IMG/VR virus record: IMGVR_UViG_2778261035_000011
Length of the DNA stretch: 36,023 bases
Reading direction: 5' to 3' (one strand)
Origin: a virus
Lineage: Duplodnaviria > Heunggongvirae > Uroviricota > Caudoviricetes
Below the pieces are notes generated by a model. That model was given only the letters and a program-made list of their open reading frames with translations. It was not told the DNA's origin and searched no databases. Positions 9,183 through 20,797 of the stretch are shown piece after piece. Position numbers and translations under genes: made by a program. Numbering within the stretch: position 1 is the stretch's first letter; each line of letters opens with the position of its first letter.

Positions 9183-10662
9183 TAATCACCTCAATACTGA
9201 CACCACCGGGAACAAACAACGGGTTGCTGATACCGTTCCTGCGGGCCAGCCGTTGCCAGTTCCGGCTGTTTCCTGTGTAACGGTACAGAGCCACCATTGC
9301 AGGCATCGTCTCCGGCAGGCGGTGCGTTTCACTGCCCGCCAGTTGCAGCCCGCGTTTTTCCAGGTCGGCAACAACCAGCAGACGCAGTTGCGTAAGCTGA
9401 ACGCTGTCTGTCGAAAAGCCCTGCTCAGATGCCGTCAGAATGACGGTATCCAGCGCTGCCCCCAGCATGGCGGCTGTTTTTCCGATATCGGACACACTTT
9501 CAAATACCGGGGGCGTGGCTGTACCACTGTCTGAAAAGGATACCTGTGAAAAGCCGCCGTCCGGGGTTATGGCAGTTAACTGTAACTGTCCCTGTGTGAC
9601 GGTAGCGGATGTGCTGCTGGCCCCGCTGGCTGTGCCGGTTGTGGTGGACGGGGCATCCAGTACAGGTGCACGGGCGGCATTATCCATCCGGCGACTGAAA
9701 TCCAGTGCCGCAGTCAGTGCCTGGCTTGCTGCCTCCGCCCGGTATGTCTGTGCTGCTGCCAGCATGACGTAGTTCAGTGTGGCAATATTTTTTTCTGCAA
9801 CCGGACTGTTGTACGAGGTTGTGATTGTCCCCTGTCTGCCTGCGGTGGCGGCATGGCGACGTTCGAATCGCTGCGCCAGACGGTTCCATGTGGAAAATGC
9901 TGTCCGGGTATCGCATAACGATGAAACGCCGGACAGCGCCCCCATCAGCGAGGAGGCCAGCATGGCAGGCTGGTTAATCAGGCTGGTCACAGAGCCTTTC
10001 ATCGCAGAAAGCGATCCCATCAGACCGCTGACAGTCTGCGTAACCCCCAGATTGTCCACCGCATCACTGATATCATCGATGACACCGGTTACAGCTTCCA
10101 TCACGGCGGTTGCCGCCGCAGTGCCATCTTTTACGGTCTGCCAGACAGAGGACAGCGTATCTCCCAGAGAACCGGTTACAGCAACGGCCTGTGCCGGTAC
10201 GGCTGCACTGGTGTCTGTCTCTGCGTCCGGGGCAGTATCCTGCAACGACGGATAAACGGTAACGGTGAACGCGTAATAATTCAGTTCATCCGCTTTAGTG
10301 CGGCATTCCCATGAATCCACCATGACGTCCACAGTGCCGAAATCAGGATGTACCAGCTCACCGCTACCCGGAGCATCAAGAGCATCCATCAGCGCACCCG
10401 CTTCATCTCTGGCTGTTTCTGCGTTGCTGTTCAGAATGCAGGCGCTGAATGTACGGGAGCGAAGCTTTTTCCCCAGGTCATTGACGCCGCCGGTATCACG
10501 TAACGGGTACTCGAGTTTAACCAGGCGACGTCCGCCAGCCTGTTTTTGCTCCTCGATGACGAGAAACGGCACGTTACGAAACGTGCCTTTGCCGGTTGTT
10601 TTCTTACCACCGCTGATTTTATCCCGGACAGCATTAACGGCATTTAAAGCATCTTCAAACAT
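9175..10662 (-). CDS. N: DNA circularization protein N (Mu gp43-like)
   Basis: 495 aa; directly downstream of the tape measure gene, as in Mu. Confidence 0.8.
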   Translation of the reverse strand: MFEDALNAVNAVRDKISGGKKTTGKGTFRNVPFLVIEEQKQAGGRRLVKLEYPLRDTGGVNDLGKKLRSRTFSACILNSNAETARDEAGALMDALDAPGSGELVHPDFGTVDVMVDSWECRTKADELNYYAFTVTVYPSLQDTAPDAETDTSAAVPAQAVAVTGSLGDTLSSVWQTVKDGTAAATAVMEAVTGVIDDISDAVDNLGVTQTVSGLMGSLSAMKGSVTSLINQPAMLASSLMGALSGVSSLCDTRTAFSTWNRLAQRFERRHAATAGRQGTITTSYNSPVAEKNIATLNYVMLAAAQTYRAEAASQALTAALDFSRRMDNAARAPVLDAPSTTTGTASGASSTSATVTQGQLQLTAITPDGGFSQVSFSDSGTATPPVFESVSDIGKTAAMLGAALDTVILTASEQGFSTDSVQLTQLRLLVVADLEKRGLQLAGSETHRLPETMPAMVALYRYTGNSRNWQRLARRNGISNPLFVPGGVSIEVINE

Positions 10663-10666
10663 GGTT

Positions 10667-12739
10667 TTACCAGCCTGTAATGTAGTTATCGCCCGCGTAA
10701 ATATTCAGCCCCATACCGTCCTCGGTGACGCGGGAACTGGTCAGACGTAACCCCTCGCCAAGTTCGACGCGCAGCGAGGCTTCCGCATTCACTTTTTGTT
10801 CCTGCGGTTCCTTATCCGGGGCCGTCCATTTCTGATACAGGTCGGTTACAAAACCGCCCAGATACTCCCCGGCGACACTGCCCAGCGTGGCACCGGCAAC
10901 CGTACCCAGCGGTCCGGCAAGGCTGCCAACGGCACCGCCGAGCCATGCACCGGCTGTACTGCCAATTGCGCCTGCTTTTTCATGGGTTGACGCCTGCTCA
11001 TCCATCAGGACGGGGGCAAGCTGGAGTGCCCCCATTACCGGGCCACCCAGACGTGACAACGCACGACCGGCACCTTTCCCCATCCAGCCCAGCGCCCCGG
11101 CACCTTTTGTCACAACCCGACCGATCGCACTGCCTGCAAGTTTGTTTCCGATACCGGAAAACCACCCGCCAACAGCACGCCCGGCATCAGCCAGCTTTCC
11201 GACCGTTCCCGTAACCAGTTGCCCGGCAGCACTGCCTGCAAGCCTGCTCAGAAGACCGGATTTACCGGGTAAAGGTAATGGTGCAGGCCGTGCTGTTACC
11301 GGTACGCCGGGTGGGGATAATGCCAGTACAGGGCGTGGTGCAGGTAATGCCAGCGGCTGTGGCCCGGACAGCAATAACGGCTGGCGGGGTAACAGCGGGG
11401 CCATTCTTCCGCCGCTCCGTCCGCGACGACCGCCGCCACTCCCGTAGCCACCAAATCCACGGGGCCAGTTGATGACAAACACACGCTGAATGCCGATACC
11501 CTGCAACAGCGTCTCAGACGTCATGGCATCCGGGACCGGCAGACCTGCCTGCCCACGTTTGCGGTTTCGCATCCAGCGCCACATACGACGCCCGGTTTTA
11601 AACGGATAACTGGCAACCTGCCATGAGGGTTTTGCCACGGCCCAGCCTGCTCTCAGGGCTTTATTGGCAAGCCAGACAGACACCAGAACAGCAGCCAGTT
11701 TTTTCAGGCTGACAATATTCTGGTCAACCCATGCCAGCGCATCTTTACCCGGTTTCAGCCAGCGCCATAATTCCTGCGCCGCGATTTTTACCGTTCTGAA
11801 CGTGGTCAGAAATTTCTGACCAATGTTTTCTGCCAGTGCGTCAAGTTCCCCGGATTTATCCGCCATGTCGTGCCAGTTAAGCACCCGGCGCATCTCGTTC
11901 TTGATTTCTTCAAAGGGGCCGCTGTTTGCCACCTTTATGCGAAATTCAAGCAGGTTAGCTTCCATCTGGGCGAACATCCCGTCCCAGGAGTTCATCGCAC
12001 TGGCCTGTGCACCTTTTGACTGTTCTGACAGCGTTCTGAATACCGTCAGAATGGATTTCAGACCCAGCTTGCCTTTTTCACCTTGTTTGCGGATATCCTT
12101 AACGTCTTTACCCAGTGCATCCGCCAGCGTCTGGTAAACGTTAATACCGTAACCGGTCAGCAGGTTGGCATCCGCCGCCGTGATTTGCTGGCGGGCAAAC
12201 ATCTGTTTCAGTTGCAGTGAGGCACCCTGTGCAGTGGGTAAATCCCAGCCGTGCATGGCCCCCTGATCCTGCAACATGGTGATGAACTGTTTCGTCTGTT
12301 CATCCGTCATGCCGAAGCCTTTCGACGAACGGATCTCATCCAGAACACCACTCAGCCCCCACGTGGTGTCCTTCGCGTTCTGCTTTGCCCAGGCCATCAT
12401 GGCCTGCGCTCTGACCTTATCGCCGTGATACAGCGAGTTCATGGCGATAATTTGCTGCTCACGCTGGGCGGCTGCACCAATAAACAGTTTATTGGCGGTG
12501 TAACCCACACCAGCGATACCCAGCGCCCCGGCTGACAGCATTCGGAATGTACGGGTTGACAGTGAACCCATTCTGTCAATGGCACCAGAAACGCGCACAA
12601 CCTCCATACGCAGGGCACGAAGGGAACTTTGTCCGCTACGGGACAGGGCGTTTATCTGGTTCGAATACTGGCGGGAACGCCGGGAAAGATTGCCATTAAG
12701 ATCAATAATGACAGACGCCTTTAAGCGTTTCCCGGTCAT
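10667..12739 (-). CDS. tail tape measure protein (Mu gp42-like)
   Basis: About 690 aa; start taken at ATG 12739 ([14 protein letters not shown] upstream) rather than the track's 12832; long Gly/Pro-rich C-terminal half; lies between the gp41-like gene and N. Confidence 0.8.
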   Translation of the reverse strand: MTGKRLKASVIIDLNGNLSRRSRQYSNQINALSRSGQSSLRALRMEVVRVSGAIDRMGSLSTRTFRMLSAGALGIAGVGYTANKLFIGAAAQREQQIIAMNSLYHGDKVRAQAMMAWAKQNAKDTTWGLSGVLDEIRSSKGFGMTDEQTKQFITMLQDQGAMHGWDLPTAQGASLQLKQMFARQQITAADANLLTGYGINVYQTLADALGKDVKDIRKQGEKGKLGLKSILTVFRTLSEQSKGAQASAMNSWDGMFAQMEANLLEFRIKVANSGPFEEIKNEMRRVLNWHDMADKSGELDALAENIGQKFLTTFRTVKIAAQELWRWLKPGKDALAWVDQNIVSLKKLAAVLVSVWLANKALRAGWAVAKPSWQVASYPFKTGRRMWRWMRNRKRGQAGLPVPDAMTSETLLQGIGIQRVFVINWPRGFGGYGSGGGRRGRSGGRMAPLLPRQPLLLSGPQPLALPAPRPVLALSPPGVPVTARPAPLPLPGKSGLLSRLAGSAAGQLVTGTVGKLADAGRAVGGWFSGIGNKLAGSAIGRVVTKGAGALGWMGKGAGRALSRLGGPVMGALQLAPVLMDEQASTHEKAGAIGSTAGAWLGGAVGSLAGPLGTVAGATLGSVAGEYLGGFVTDLYQKWTAPDKEPQEQKVNAEASLRVELGEGLRLTSSRVTEDGMGLNIYAGDNYITGW

Positions 12740-12883
12740 AGAGATTTCCTGATTTAACGGTGATATTGAGAGAGGGTTTTCGCCTGCTGGCAGTGCCGGA
12801 AAAAGCGGGACAGCGGGAGGGATAAGGCCCATTCCGGGCCACTTTTCAGAATAACGCCAATCGCTGTCGCCGCTTTCTCAATA

Positions 12884-13318
12884 TCATTCCGGCACCGCAG
12901 CCACTCGCCCCCGTTCTTGTGTCAGCGATGCTGCCACAGCCATGTCGTACATTTCTGTAGCCAGCGACAGACGCTGGAAGTCATCAACAGACAGCTTGCG
13001 CATCAGCGCCAGCGATAACGGGCCTTTGATGCAACCCACGCTGGCAATCTGTCGGCGCAGCATTTCCAGTCCCATCCGGGACGGGGAACTGACCAGCACC
13101 GGGCCTTCCTTGCTCATTACCAGCTTTTCAGCAGCCGCCTGGGCATCAATCAGATCGCCTGCGGTCAGTTCACGCAGCGTCACGTCATACTGCATTTCAG
13201 TCTCGTCACCGGTGCCGAACGGCAGGCCGTCTTTCAGTTTCAGCACGCCGGACTGAATTTCTGCCACAATGCTGTCATGCAGTTCCTGTGCTTCAGGACC
13301 TAAATTCATTTCGTCCAT
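12884..13318 (-). CDS. tail assembly chaperone-like protein (Mu gp41-like)
   Basis: 144 aa acidic protein between tail tube and tape measure genes. Confidence 0.5.
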   Translation of the reverse strand: MDEMNLGPEAQELHDSIVAEIQSGVLKLKDGLPFGTGDETEMQYDVTLRELTAGDLIDAQAAAEKLVMSKEGPVLVSSPSRMGLEMLRRQIASVGCIKGPLSLALMRKLSVDDFQRLSLATEMYDMAVAASLTQERGRVAAVPE

Positions 13319-13327
13319 TGTTTCCCC

Positions 13328-13684
13328 TTATGCAATGCGTTTGCTTTGTTTTGCCATCAGTACCAGCGAAATTTCGCCGCCGTCGTTTTTCGGTTCATCT
13401 GCCTGCCAGGCATTCGCCATCATCCAGGTTTCACCGGTGTCTGCCTGAAACTCTGCCGTAATGTTTTCCCAGCCGATGATTTCATCCAGACCGATATCAC
13501 CACCGCCCGGAATTTTGCATTCCAGCTTTGCGGCACGTGGTTTACCTTTCCAGCCATAAACCCGCGAGCCGGTCACTTCTTCACGGGTGATACCGGAAGG
13601 CGTGAAGGAGGCACCTTCCATCGTTTCAAGCTCCATGCCATTGACACGGATGAACGCCACCCCCTGACGCTGATTTCCAGCCAT
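13328..13684 (-). CDS. M: tail tube protein M
   Basis: 118 aa; immediately downstream of the sheath gene. Confidence 0.8.
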   Translation of the reverse strand: MAGNQRQGVAFIRVNGMELETMEGASFTPSGITREEVTGSRVYGWKGKPRAAKLECKIPGGGDIGLDEIIGWENITAEFQADTGETWMMANAWQADEPKNDGGEISLVLMAKQSKRIA

Positions 13685-13693
13685 AAATGCTCC

Positions 13694-15181
13694 TTACAGA
13701 ATGAACTGAACTTGTGCCGCGAAAATGCGGAACTGGTTAATCAGATTCGGGCCGCAAAGCACATCAAGACGGTCTTTGTCGTCCTTGTTACGTGCCACAT
13801 ACAGCTCCTCTTTGAACGTGTCGAAATCCTCGACCAGTCCGGCGTTTTCCCATTCTTCAAACAGTGCCAGCAACTCCGTTTTGATCACGGATGGCGTCAC
13901 CACGGCCTGACCGGTGGCAAAGCGGGTGCCATCACTTGCCAGCTTGTAGTTCGGGAATTTCTGCGTGATGCGGGTTCGCAGCGAATAACGCAGATAACTC
14001 AGCGTGGCGATGGTATTCACGTTCAGATAAGACGGATCGCTGTCACCGTACTTGTTTGTGCGGTACATCGTGATCATGCGTTCAATCTGCATTTCACCAC
14101 CATCATTCACGTTAAACGTGGAGATGCCGTCAAACAGCAGCGCATTACGTTCTGACCAGGTGAAACGATCCCCCACCGCAGGCGGCATTCTTCCGGGCAA
14201 CGTCAGCGTCTGGAGTGGACGCGCCGGGTCGATGGAAAGCGCCTGGCTGGCAACGGCACACAGGGTGGCGGCGTACAGATATGACGGTTCCGGTGCACCG
14301 GCAATCCCCATACAGGAAATCAGATGGTCATTACGGCTGACACCAAACGTGGAAATATCCCCATACGTGCCGGACAGCACTGTCACGGCAAAGCCATCAG
14401 CCTGATTGACCGGTCCCCAGCGTTCCTGCAATTCAGTGCGTAACAGATTCAGGTTCGGTTCATCGGTATAGGGCATCACAATATATTTGTATTGCAGATC
14501 GCCCATTCCCGCGATACTTGCGCTGATATCCGGGTTGCTGTTTTTCCCGGAGGCGGCTTTGAATGCCGTGATAATCCCGTAAGGGGTGGTTTCACCCGCG
14601 TAATAGTTCCAGCGCACGTCCACGGCAGATAATGCACCCGTAAATTTTGCACTCAGAACCACATCTGCATGGGTGTCATCATCTCCGCTGTCTGCGCGAA
14701 CTTCTGCCGTCACCGGTAAATCCGGCTGGCCTTTGATTCGGGCAACCAGCAGGTCAGCCAGCGCAGCCCCTTTTGTACCTGCTGCGACGGATACCGCCAG
14801 TCGCTGACCGGCAATATAGGTCACAAGCGAGCCGTTTTCGCCTGCCGTTCCTGACAGTGAGATTTCACCGACAGCAGCATTACCGGTGCCGTTTCCCTGC
14901 GGGATACACCACAGCTCCGCCACGCGGTTAGCGTTCAGGAATGCATCTGCCATCAGTGCCAGCATGGAACCCTGACCAAATGCCGCACTGGCCTGTGAGC
15001 CGGAACGGATACGGACAGGTACGTTCGGTGCGGCACTGGCTTTACTTCCGCTTTGCCCGAACATCAGCACGCGCTGGCGGGGAGCCGGTGTTCCGCTGAC
15101 GGCATTGCTGTTATCAAATTCGATATACGTCAGAGGAACGCGAACATCTGACGGGATCGCGTTAAATGAAATATCGCTCAT
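13694..15181 (-). CDS. L: contractile tail sheath protein L
   Basis: 495 aa; size and position typical of myovirus sheath; followed by tube gene. Confidence 0.9.
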   Translation of the reverse strand: MSDISFNAIPSDVRVPLTYIEFDNSNAVSGTPAPRQRVLMFGQSGSKASAAPNVPVRIRSGSQASAAFGQGSMLALMADAFLNANRVAELWCIPQGNGTGNAAVGEISLSGTAGENGSLVTYIAGQRLAVSVAAGTKGAALADLLVARIKGQPDLPVTAEVRADSGDDDTHADVVLSAKFTGALSAVDVRWNYYAGETTPYGIITAFKAASGKNSNPDISASIAGMGDLQYKYIVMPYTDEPNLNLLRTELQERWGPVNQADGFAVTVLSGTYGDISTFGVSRNDHLISCMGIAGAPEPSYLYAATLCAVASQALSIDPARPLQTLTLPGRMPPAVGDRFTWSERNALLFDGISTFNVNDGGEMQIERMITMYRTNKYGDSDPSYLNVNTIATLSYLRYSLRTRITQKFPNYKLASDGTRFATGQAVVTPSVIKTELLALFEEWENAGLVEDFDTFKEELYVARNKDDKDRLDVLCGPNLINQFRIFAAQVQFIL

Positions 15182-15384
15182 TTCGATTTACTCCGTTTTT
15201 TCGGCGCAGCGTCGGTATCATCCGCCGTGTTTTCGGTGCTCCCGACTTCAACCACATCACCGGCTGCAAGGCGACGTATCCAGAAACTGTTACGGGGCTT
15301 TTCTTCTCCCTCAGACGCCAGTAATTTCATCGTGAGCGGGTCACGGATGGCTTTTCCCGCTGCGGGTTTAATTTTCAGCATCAT
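15178..15384 (-). CDS. small hypothetical protein (Mu gp38-like)
   Basis: 68 aa basic C-terminus; overlaps the L start; synteny. Confidence 0.5.
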   Translation of the reverse strand: MMLKIKPAAGKAIRDPLTMKLLASEGEEKPRNSFWIRRLAAGDVVEVGSTENTADDTDAAPKKRSKSK

Positions 15385-15916
15385 GATCCTTTTCCTGATT
15401 CACATTGATATGTGCGGCAAATTCCGGGGTTTCGTCCGGGAATTTCCAGGTCTGCCAGTGACGCTCGTAATCATCCAGCGAATCCATGTCCACCACGGAC
15501 GGCAGCGGGGTAGTGCCACTGAACAGAACGCCGTAAAGCACCACACCGGCATTGATACGGTTGTCGTCACAAAGATTTCTGACCTGCGTCAGCCTCATCC
15601 CGGTGGTCGGGCCAAACGTCTGACCGTTAACACCGGCAATCAGTCGCTCCACAATCTGATAAATACCGGGCCGGTTTACCGGTTCCCCGTTCAGCAACTC
15701 CGCCACGACAAAAAATGCCCAGCGACTTTCAACTTCCCGACGCGTACGCCCCTCACCACAGCCCATCCATGCCAGAAATACCGATGGAGGGGCCAGAAAG
15801 AGACGGTGTACATCCTCGTTAGTCCATGTGCCGGTAAGGGGTTCCACCTGCCGCAGGGTTGCCCCAAACAACTCACGAACGCGCGCCAGCAGTGCGGCTT
15901 CGGTTTCTTCCAGCAT
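15368..15916 (-). CDS. K: head-tail joining protein K (Mu gp37-like)
   Basis: 182 aa; synteny after J. Confidence 0.6.
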   Translation of the reverse strand: MLEETEAALLARVRELFGATLRQVEPLTGTWTNEDVHRLFLAPPSVFLAWMGCGEGRTRREVESRWAFFVVAELLNGEPVNRPGIYQIVERLIAGVNGQTFGPTTGMRLTQVRNLCDDNRINAGVVLYGVLFSGTTPLPSVVDMDSLDDYERHWQTWKFPDETPEFAAHINVNQEKDHDAEN

Positions 15917-16341
15917 CAGATAAACCCCTTCTGTTTTCGTGAAAAAACAGGCGGATCAGACTGAACCTGCACAAGATCCTCTCCCTCCGGCGACGCTGCC
16001 GTTCTGCTTTCCACGCCGGGATCTGTTTTGCCATCGCGCACCTGTTCCAGCCAGCGCACCGTGTCCCTGTAAGTTGCGGTGATCTGCTCGGTGGGTTGTG
16101 ATTCATTCAGATAAAACCAGGCCACCACGCAACACTGCCGTTTCAGCAGTGAGGGGACGACGGTAAGCGGCAGAACAAAGCGCGCGGCGAGATAGCCATC
16201 AATAAAGGCCGAAGCATCTGCCAGTGCCTGTTCTGCCACGGCATCATCCGGCTGCCCGTCCGCTGTTTTAGGGCGGGTGAGAATATCCAGCCGCGTACGT
16301 GTATAGCGGGCGCACAGGTCATTTACCGTCGCGTAATTCAT
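15916..16341 (-). CDS. J: head completion/connector protein J (Mu gp36-like)
   Basis: 141 aa; synteny. Confidence 0.6.
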   Translation of the reverse strand: MNYATVNDLCARYTRTRLDILTRPKTADGQPDDAVAEQALADASAFIDGYLAARFVLPLTVVPSLLKRQCCVVAWFYLNESQPTEQITATYRDTVRWLEQVRDGKTDPGVESRTAASPEGEDLVQVQSDPPVFSRKQKGFI

Positions 16342-16748
16342 GCATCCGCCTCAGCCAGCGCCGCTTTGATTTGCGCACTGCTCACCGGTTCCCCCAGCGC
16401 CGCACTGACGGCTTTCACTTTGGGTTCCCCCCCCGCGGTAAAGTGTTCCGGGTTTGCCTTATCCAGACCGGCAACGGTCGCACGGATACGGGCGTTCAGA
16501 TCGCCCATACCCAGAACGTCCAGCCCCCCAGCCTCAGCGAGCGTTTCTGCTGACGATGCAGATACCACAGACAGCACGCTGTCGGCACGAATGATCGCCA
16601 GTTGTTCTTCGGTGACTTCCACGGTGTTTTCGCCACGTGTAAAGGCGATTCCGGCGCGGCGGTAGACCGGACGAAGGCATTTAATAATCGCCGTGCAAGT
16701 GATGCGAGAAGTGTCCAGCCGTTGTGAATTAAGCGAAGTGCCTGACAT
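16338..16748 (-). CDS. hypothetical head protein (Mu gp35-like)
   Basis: 136 aa; downstream of the major head gene T. Confidence 0.5.
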   Translation of the reverse strand: MSGTSLNSQRLDTSRITCTAIIKCLRPVYRRAGIAFTRGENTVEVTEEQLAIIRADSVLSVVSASSAETLAEAGGLDVLGMGDLNARIRATVAGLDKANPEHFTAGGEPKVKAVSAALGEPVSSAQIKAALAEADA

Positions 16749-16814
16749 AACACATGCTCCTCCTTTTCCTTTAAATCAGGTTAAAAGGCGGTCTGAACCG
16801 CCTTTTAATGACGG

Positions 16815-17732
16815 TTACAGGTAGTCAGCGACAACCAGTTGCAGCTTGCCCTTCATCTCGTTGGAGACGGTGGTATTGCCATCCGCGAACAGTTCACGGT
16901 TAAGCAGTTGCTCTGCGGCTTTTTCCAGCCCGACCGGTACAACGATATGTGTCGGCTTCAGGCCCAGCTTCTTACCGCCATCACCTTCAAACGCACGCAT
17001 CAGTTGCCAGCCCTTCCAGAGGTTATCCAGCGTCAGATCACCTTTTACCGCGACAGCCATCTGCCAGAAGCCGTAACCGGCAGCACGGCGGGCGCTGGCA
17101 CCAAACAGGAACTCGTTATCCATAAAAACGTGGTCGTCATCGATACGGGTACGTGCGACCAGTTCCGGTTTGCGGCGCTCCTGGAAAATCAGCGGTTTGA
17201 CTGCGCGGGAGCAGTCCAGCAGATAGAACGGCAGACCGCTGAAGCTGTCCTGCTCAACGATATTGGAGGTATTAACCGCGCTGCCCGTGCCGTCCACATT
17301 CGGATATACCGGATGCTCCTTGTCGAAAAAGTTCTGACCGTCATAGCACGGCTGGGTAAAGCCATCTTTCAGAAGTTTAAAAATCAGCTCATCCGGCTGA
17401 ACTGCCGCAGAACGGCCCATCTCCTGAAAAATCGGCGCATAAATACCCAGATTGTCATCCTCGAAGTCATCACGGGAAATACCCACGGTGCCTTCAAACG
17501 TTTTATTGGCGATGGAGTAGCCATGCGCTTCCATTTGCTGAATGGTTCGCTTACCCACCCATTCTTTCAGGGTCGGGAATTTACCCAGCCAGCCATAGGT
17601 ATTACTGCGGGTGGAAGAGTTCACCACCATTGCAATTTTGTTGTACTGCGACGGGGCGTCTTCAAGACCACCCTGAAAATCCTTACGCCAGGAGGTCATC
17701 AGGGCTTTAATGGATGCCGGGGTGACAATCAT
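16815..17732 (-). CDS. T: major head (capsid) subunit T
   Basis: 305 aa; follows the protease/scaffold gene I with 4-nt overlap. Confidence 0.85.
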   Translation of the reverse strand: MIVTPASIKALMTSWRKDFQGGLEDAPSQYNKIAMVVNSSTRSNTYGWLGKFPTLKEWVGKRTIQQMEAHGYSIANKTFEGTVGISRDDFEDDNLGIYAPIFQEMGRSAAVQPDELIFKLLKDGFTQPCYDGQNFFDKEHPVYPNVDGTGSAVNTSNIVEQDSFSGLPFYLLDCSRAVKPLIFQERRKPELVARTRIDDDHVFMDNEFLFGASARRAAGYGFWQMAVAVKGDLTLDNLWKGWQLMRAFEGDGGKKLGLKPTHIVVPVGLEKAAEQLLNRELFADGNTTVSNEMKGKLQLVVADYL

Positions 17733-18814
17733 TTTTCTTGTTCCTGTTTCATTTTCAGATACTCAGCCTCAGTAATGCCGAGCGCCTTCACTGCTGCCTG
17801 TTCATCAGCAGACAGCACCGCCACCACCGGTTTTTCCTGCGACGGGATTTTCGCTGTGGTGGTCTGCATGGCAGATAACGCAGCGATGGGCTGTTTTTTC
17901 TCAAGCTGTGCCGACAGTGCCGCCACGCCAATCTGACCGCCAAGCTGTTCCAGATAGGTACGTTCGCTTTTGAAAATGCGGCCTTCCTGTTCCGCCTTGT
18001 CCAGAACGGCGCTCAGGCTGGCTGTCGCGCTTTGTGCAGTCGCCTGTGCCAGTTCATCACGCAGGGCGTTGTAGCTTTCCACCGGGACGTATTTCGTCAG
18101 GTCAACGGCGGCTTTCTGTGCCTTTTCCAGTTCGGCGGATAACGACGCCACTTTTCCGGCATCTGTTTCGAACGCATCAAGCGCACTCAGGGCCGCGCTG
18201 GCCTGTTCATCGGTGATGTCTGCATTTTCGGGGACCGTCACCCCAAGACGCGCAAGCAGCTTGCGCAGCGTTTCATTCATGGGTTTGTTCTCCTGTTGAA
18301 GGATGTCGGGAAGGTCTGCCGCCAGTGCGGTCAGCTTTTTCATGCCGGTGGCACCGGGGTCATTGGTCAGCGCAGCAAGGCGGATTTGCAGCACCGCACC
18401 GGTGGCGGTGTCATACGGAAAAACCGCAGAGAGATAACCAAATTCGCCGTCATCGATGCGCTGCTGTGCCGCCGCCGTCCAGCGTGGGTGGATAAATAAT
18501 CCTTCACCTTCACGCCACTGCATTTCATCGGCGTTAAACCAGCCAGCCGCGACAAGTTGTTCCGGGGGTAATCCTTTGTCCTTACGTAGCTGGTTATGCT
18601 CGTAATCAATCAGCACGTCCTGGTTGAGTGCGCGAACGCCTTCAACCAGACGCCCGGCAATCTCACCGTCGATGAACCACCCCTGACCGCCTGTCACATC
18701 AAACGGACGACCATCACGGGCACTGAAATGACCGGCAGGCAATAGCTGGCACCAGCCGTCATCGTCAATGGACAGCGCACTCAGTGCGGCAATGCCAATC
18801 GCGTGTTTTTTCAT
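17729..18814 (-). CDS. I: head protease/scaffold protein I (scaffold Z expected from internal start)
   Basis: 361 aa; Ala/Glu-rich coiled-coil C-terminal half typical of scaffolds; preceded by a 196-bp intergenic region. Confidence 0.8.
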   Translation of the reverse strand: MKKHAIGIAALSALSIDDDGWCQLLPAGHFSARDGRPFDVTGGQGWFIDGEIAGRLVEGVRALNQDVLIDYEHNQLRKDKGLPPEQLVAAGWFNADEMQWREGEGLFIHPRWTAAAQQRIDDGEFGYLSAVFPYDTATGAVLQIRLAALTNDPGATGMKKLTALAADLPDILQQENKPMNETLRKLLARLGVTVPENADITDEQASAALSALDAFETDAGKVASLSAELEKAQKAAVDLTKYVPVESYNALRDELAQATAQSATASLSAVLDKAEQEGRIFKSERTYLEQLGGQIGVAALSAQLEKKQPIAALSAMQTTTAKIPSQEKPVVAVLSADEQAAVKALGITEAEYLKMKQEQEK

Positions 18815-19010
18815 GTCCTGCTGCTCATCATGGTTTGTGAGCAGTCAGTTTGCGGGAGGTGCGGGAAAATCTGGGGTTATGCTATTTGAGTACTGGAGAA
18901 AGAAAGTGGAAGGAAGATAAAACGGGATTCATACACCGTTAAATACCGGTTTAAAAATCCCGTGGCGCGTTTTAAAAAATCTGTGCGGCTGATTTTATGC
19001 CTGATTCTGT
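18815..19010. promoter_or_regulatory. central intergenic region between G and I: expected late promoter PI and, by position, the Mu-type strong gyrase site
   Basis: One of the few sizeable non-coding gaps in the late region, lying near the middle of the element. Assignment is positional; no motif confirmed. Confidence 0.35.
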
Positions 19011-19481
19011 TTATTGCCTCAGAGCGGCGCTGACGCGTTTTCTGATGGCATCAAAAATTTCCTGTTCCCCGGTCTTATCCAGCCCCATATAAGGACGCGC
19101 AGGAACGCCTGCCGGGCGGGGTGCCATATCGGGTGTACCGCCCCACTGATGAATGGCAGCATAAATTTTCGGCGAACCAATCAGGGCATAATCCTGTCCA
19201 TAATCGGTGGTAATGCTGCGTGCCAGATCGCCATGCAGGGTAAGGATACTGCCCGGAACAAAACCATGATCCTGACGCCATGCCAGCCACGAATCGCTCC
19301 ACGCTTCCCAGCCTTTCCCTGTATCCGGGTCTGCCTGCCGTTCAAATGCCTGTTCCGTGGATGACAGCAGCGCCGCAGCCATCACACGGGGAATGACGCG
19401 GTCACGTGTGACGGTTCCCAGTTCATCCAGCGCAAGCTGAATACGTCGCACATCCACGGCAACGTTCATATCAAGACTCAC
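19011..19481 (-). CDS. G: virion morphogenesis protein G (Mu gp31-like)
   Basis: 156 aa; downstream of F. Confidence 0.7.
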   Translation of the reverse strand: MSLDMNVAVDVRRIQLALDELGTVTRDRVIPRVMAAALLSSTEQAFERQADPDTGKGWEAWSDSWLAWRQDHGFVPGSILTLHGDLARSITTDYGQDYALIGSPKIYAAIHQWGGTPDMAPRPAGVPARPYMGLDKTGEQEIFDAIRKRVSAALRQ

Positions 19482-20797
19482 TTATTCACCTCCACATGCC
19501 CCTCCAGTATGTCAATCATCCCGTCAGCAATCGCGGCTTCAAGCGACTGTGCAGATACGCGGCTGATACTGACCAGCACATCCGCCCGGTCATTCTGCCT
19601 GCCGACTGTCTGTGATGTTCTGACCACAATCCGGGCCGTGCCGTCACGGGTTGCCACAACATACAGCAACTGGTGGTTCTCCCTGTCCCACAATACCGCC
19701 TGTGGTTTTGCCATCAGCGACGGCAGACGCTGTAAATCTTCCGTTTTCAGGGCGGCATCAGCAGTGGTCGCCAGACTTTTCCCGTTCATTACAAGCAGAC
19801 GGGCTGGCATATTCCCGGTGCGCTGATATACGGCTTCAGCCACGGATCCCGTCATAAAACCCAGCGCCCGGATTTCATGACCGGTCTGACGTGATCCTGC
19901 CAGGCGTTTAAGCCAGAGGGAAAAAGCAAGCTGACGCTCCCGGCTGTTATTCAGTGTCTGCACAACCTGCTCACGCAGCTGCGCGTCGTGAATTTCCACC
20001 AGTTTTCGAATCAGTGCCTGATCCGTACCAAATGCCGCCGAACCGGGGTTATATGACCAGCCCACATCCGGCGTCATTTTTACCCGACCGTTGTCAAACG
20101 TGGTTGACGATGTGCGGAAAATCTCTCCGGTGCTTTCATCCGTACCGGCATCCACTTCGCGGGTATTCATGAATGACGCACCATAACTGACCTGTAGCCC
20201 CAGTTCTTTCATGCGGGCCGCAGACAGCGCCCGGACGCGACAGCGGCAGTTCCAGCCATTGGGCGGGTAATGCGTCTGCCAGAAAATGTCGTCATACCGG
20301 AAAACCATATTGTGCAGCCGCGCATGTTCCGGGCGTGTTCTGCCATCCATAACGGCAACGTACTGCCAGTACGGGTACAAATCTGCGGTATTCATCATCT
20401 GTGCATAACGTCCCGCCCCGTACGCTGTACGGGTATTGACGTTATAAATGGTTGCCAGACGACGCGGACTGCCCAGCTCGATTACCTTTGCGTTTCCGTC
20501 TGCATCCACGATGATTTGTTTTCCCCACCATCCGAGTTTTTGCAGCCGGGGGGCCAGTGTGCGGGTAAATTCCTCACGGGTGATGCCTTCACTGACAGCC
20601 CGCTCCACTTCCTCACGGATTGTGGTCAGTACATCCATCCGGGTGGCTTTGGCAACGGTAAAGGCGCGGGCGTGCGCGTCTGCCAGTTGTTCGTACCAGT
20701 TCCAGGTGATGTTGTAGCCTTTGGCGCGGAAATACGCGACAGCCTCCTTTGGCGGGAGGCGTGCGGCATACGCCAGATCAATGGTCTGCTGCGGCAT
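19478..20797 (-). CDS. F: head morphogenesis protein F (Mu gp30-like)
   Basis: About 439 aa; ATG at 20797 chosen (G-rich RBS upstream); the track's start at 20833 is a GTG. Confidence 0.75.
   Translation of the reverse strand: MPQQTIDLAYAARLPPKEAVAYFRAKGYNITWNWYEQLADAHARAFTVAKATRMDVLTTIREEVERAVSEGITREEFTRTLAPRLQKLGWWGKQIIVDADGNAKVIELGSPRRLATIYNVNTRTAYGAGRYAQMMNTADLYPYWQYVAVMDGRTRPEHARLHNMVFRYDDIFWQTHYPPNGWNCRCRVRALSAARMKELGLQVSYGASFMNTREVDAGTDESTGEIFRTSSTTFDNGRVKMTPDVGWSYNPGSAAFGTDQALIRKLVEIHDAQLREQVVQTLNNSRERQLAFSLWLKRLAGSRQTGHEIRALGFMTGSVAEAVYQRTGNMPARLLVMNGKSLATTADAALKTEDLQRLPSLMAKPQAVLWDRENHQLLYVVATRDGTARIVVRTSQTVGRQNDRADVLVSISRVSAQSLEAAIADGMIDILEGHVEVNK

Noticed and set aside
12740-12883. 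Possible translational frameshift or readthrough linking the gp41-like gene to the tape measure N-terminal extension (they are in the same frame)
   Set aside because: Two in-frame stop codons (TGA TAT TGA) separate them and no slippery heptamer is visible. The tape measure more likely starts at ATG 12739 with a good RBS.
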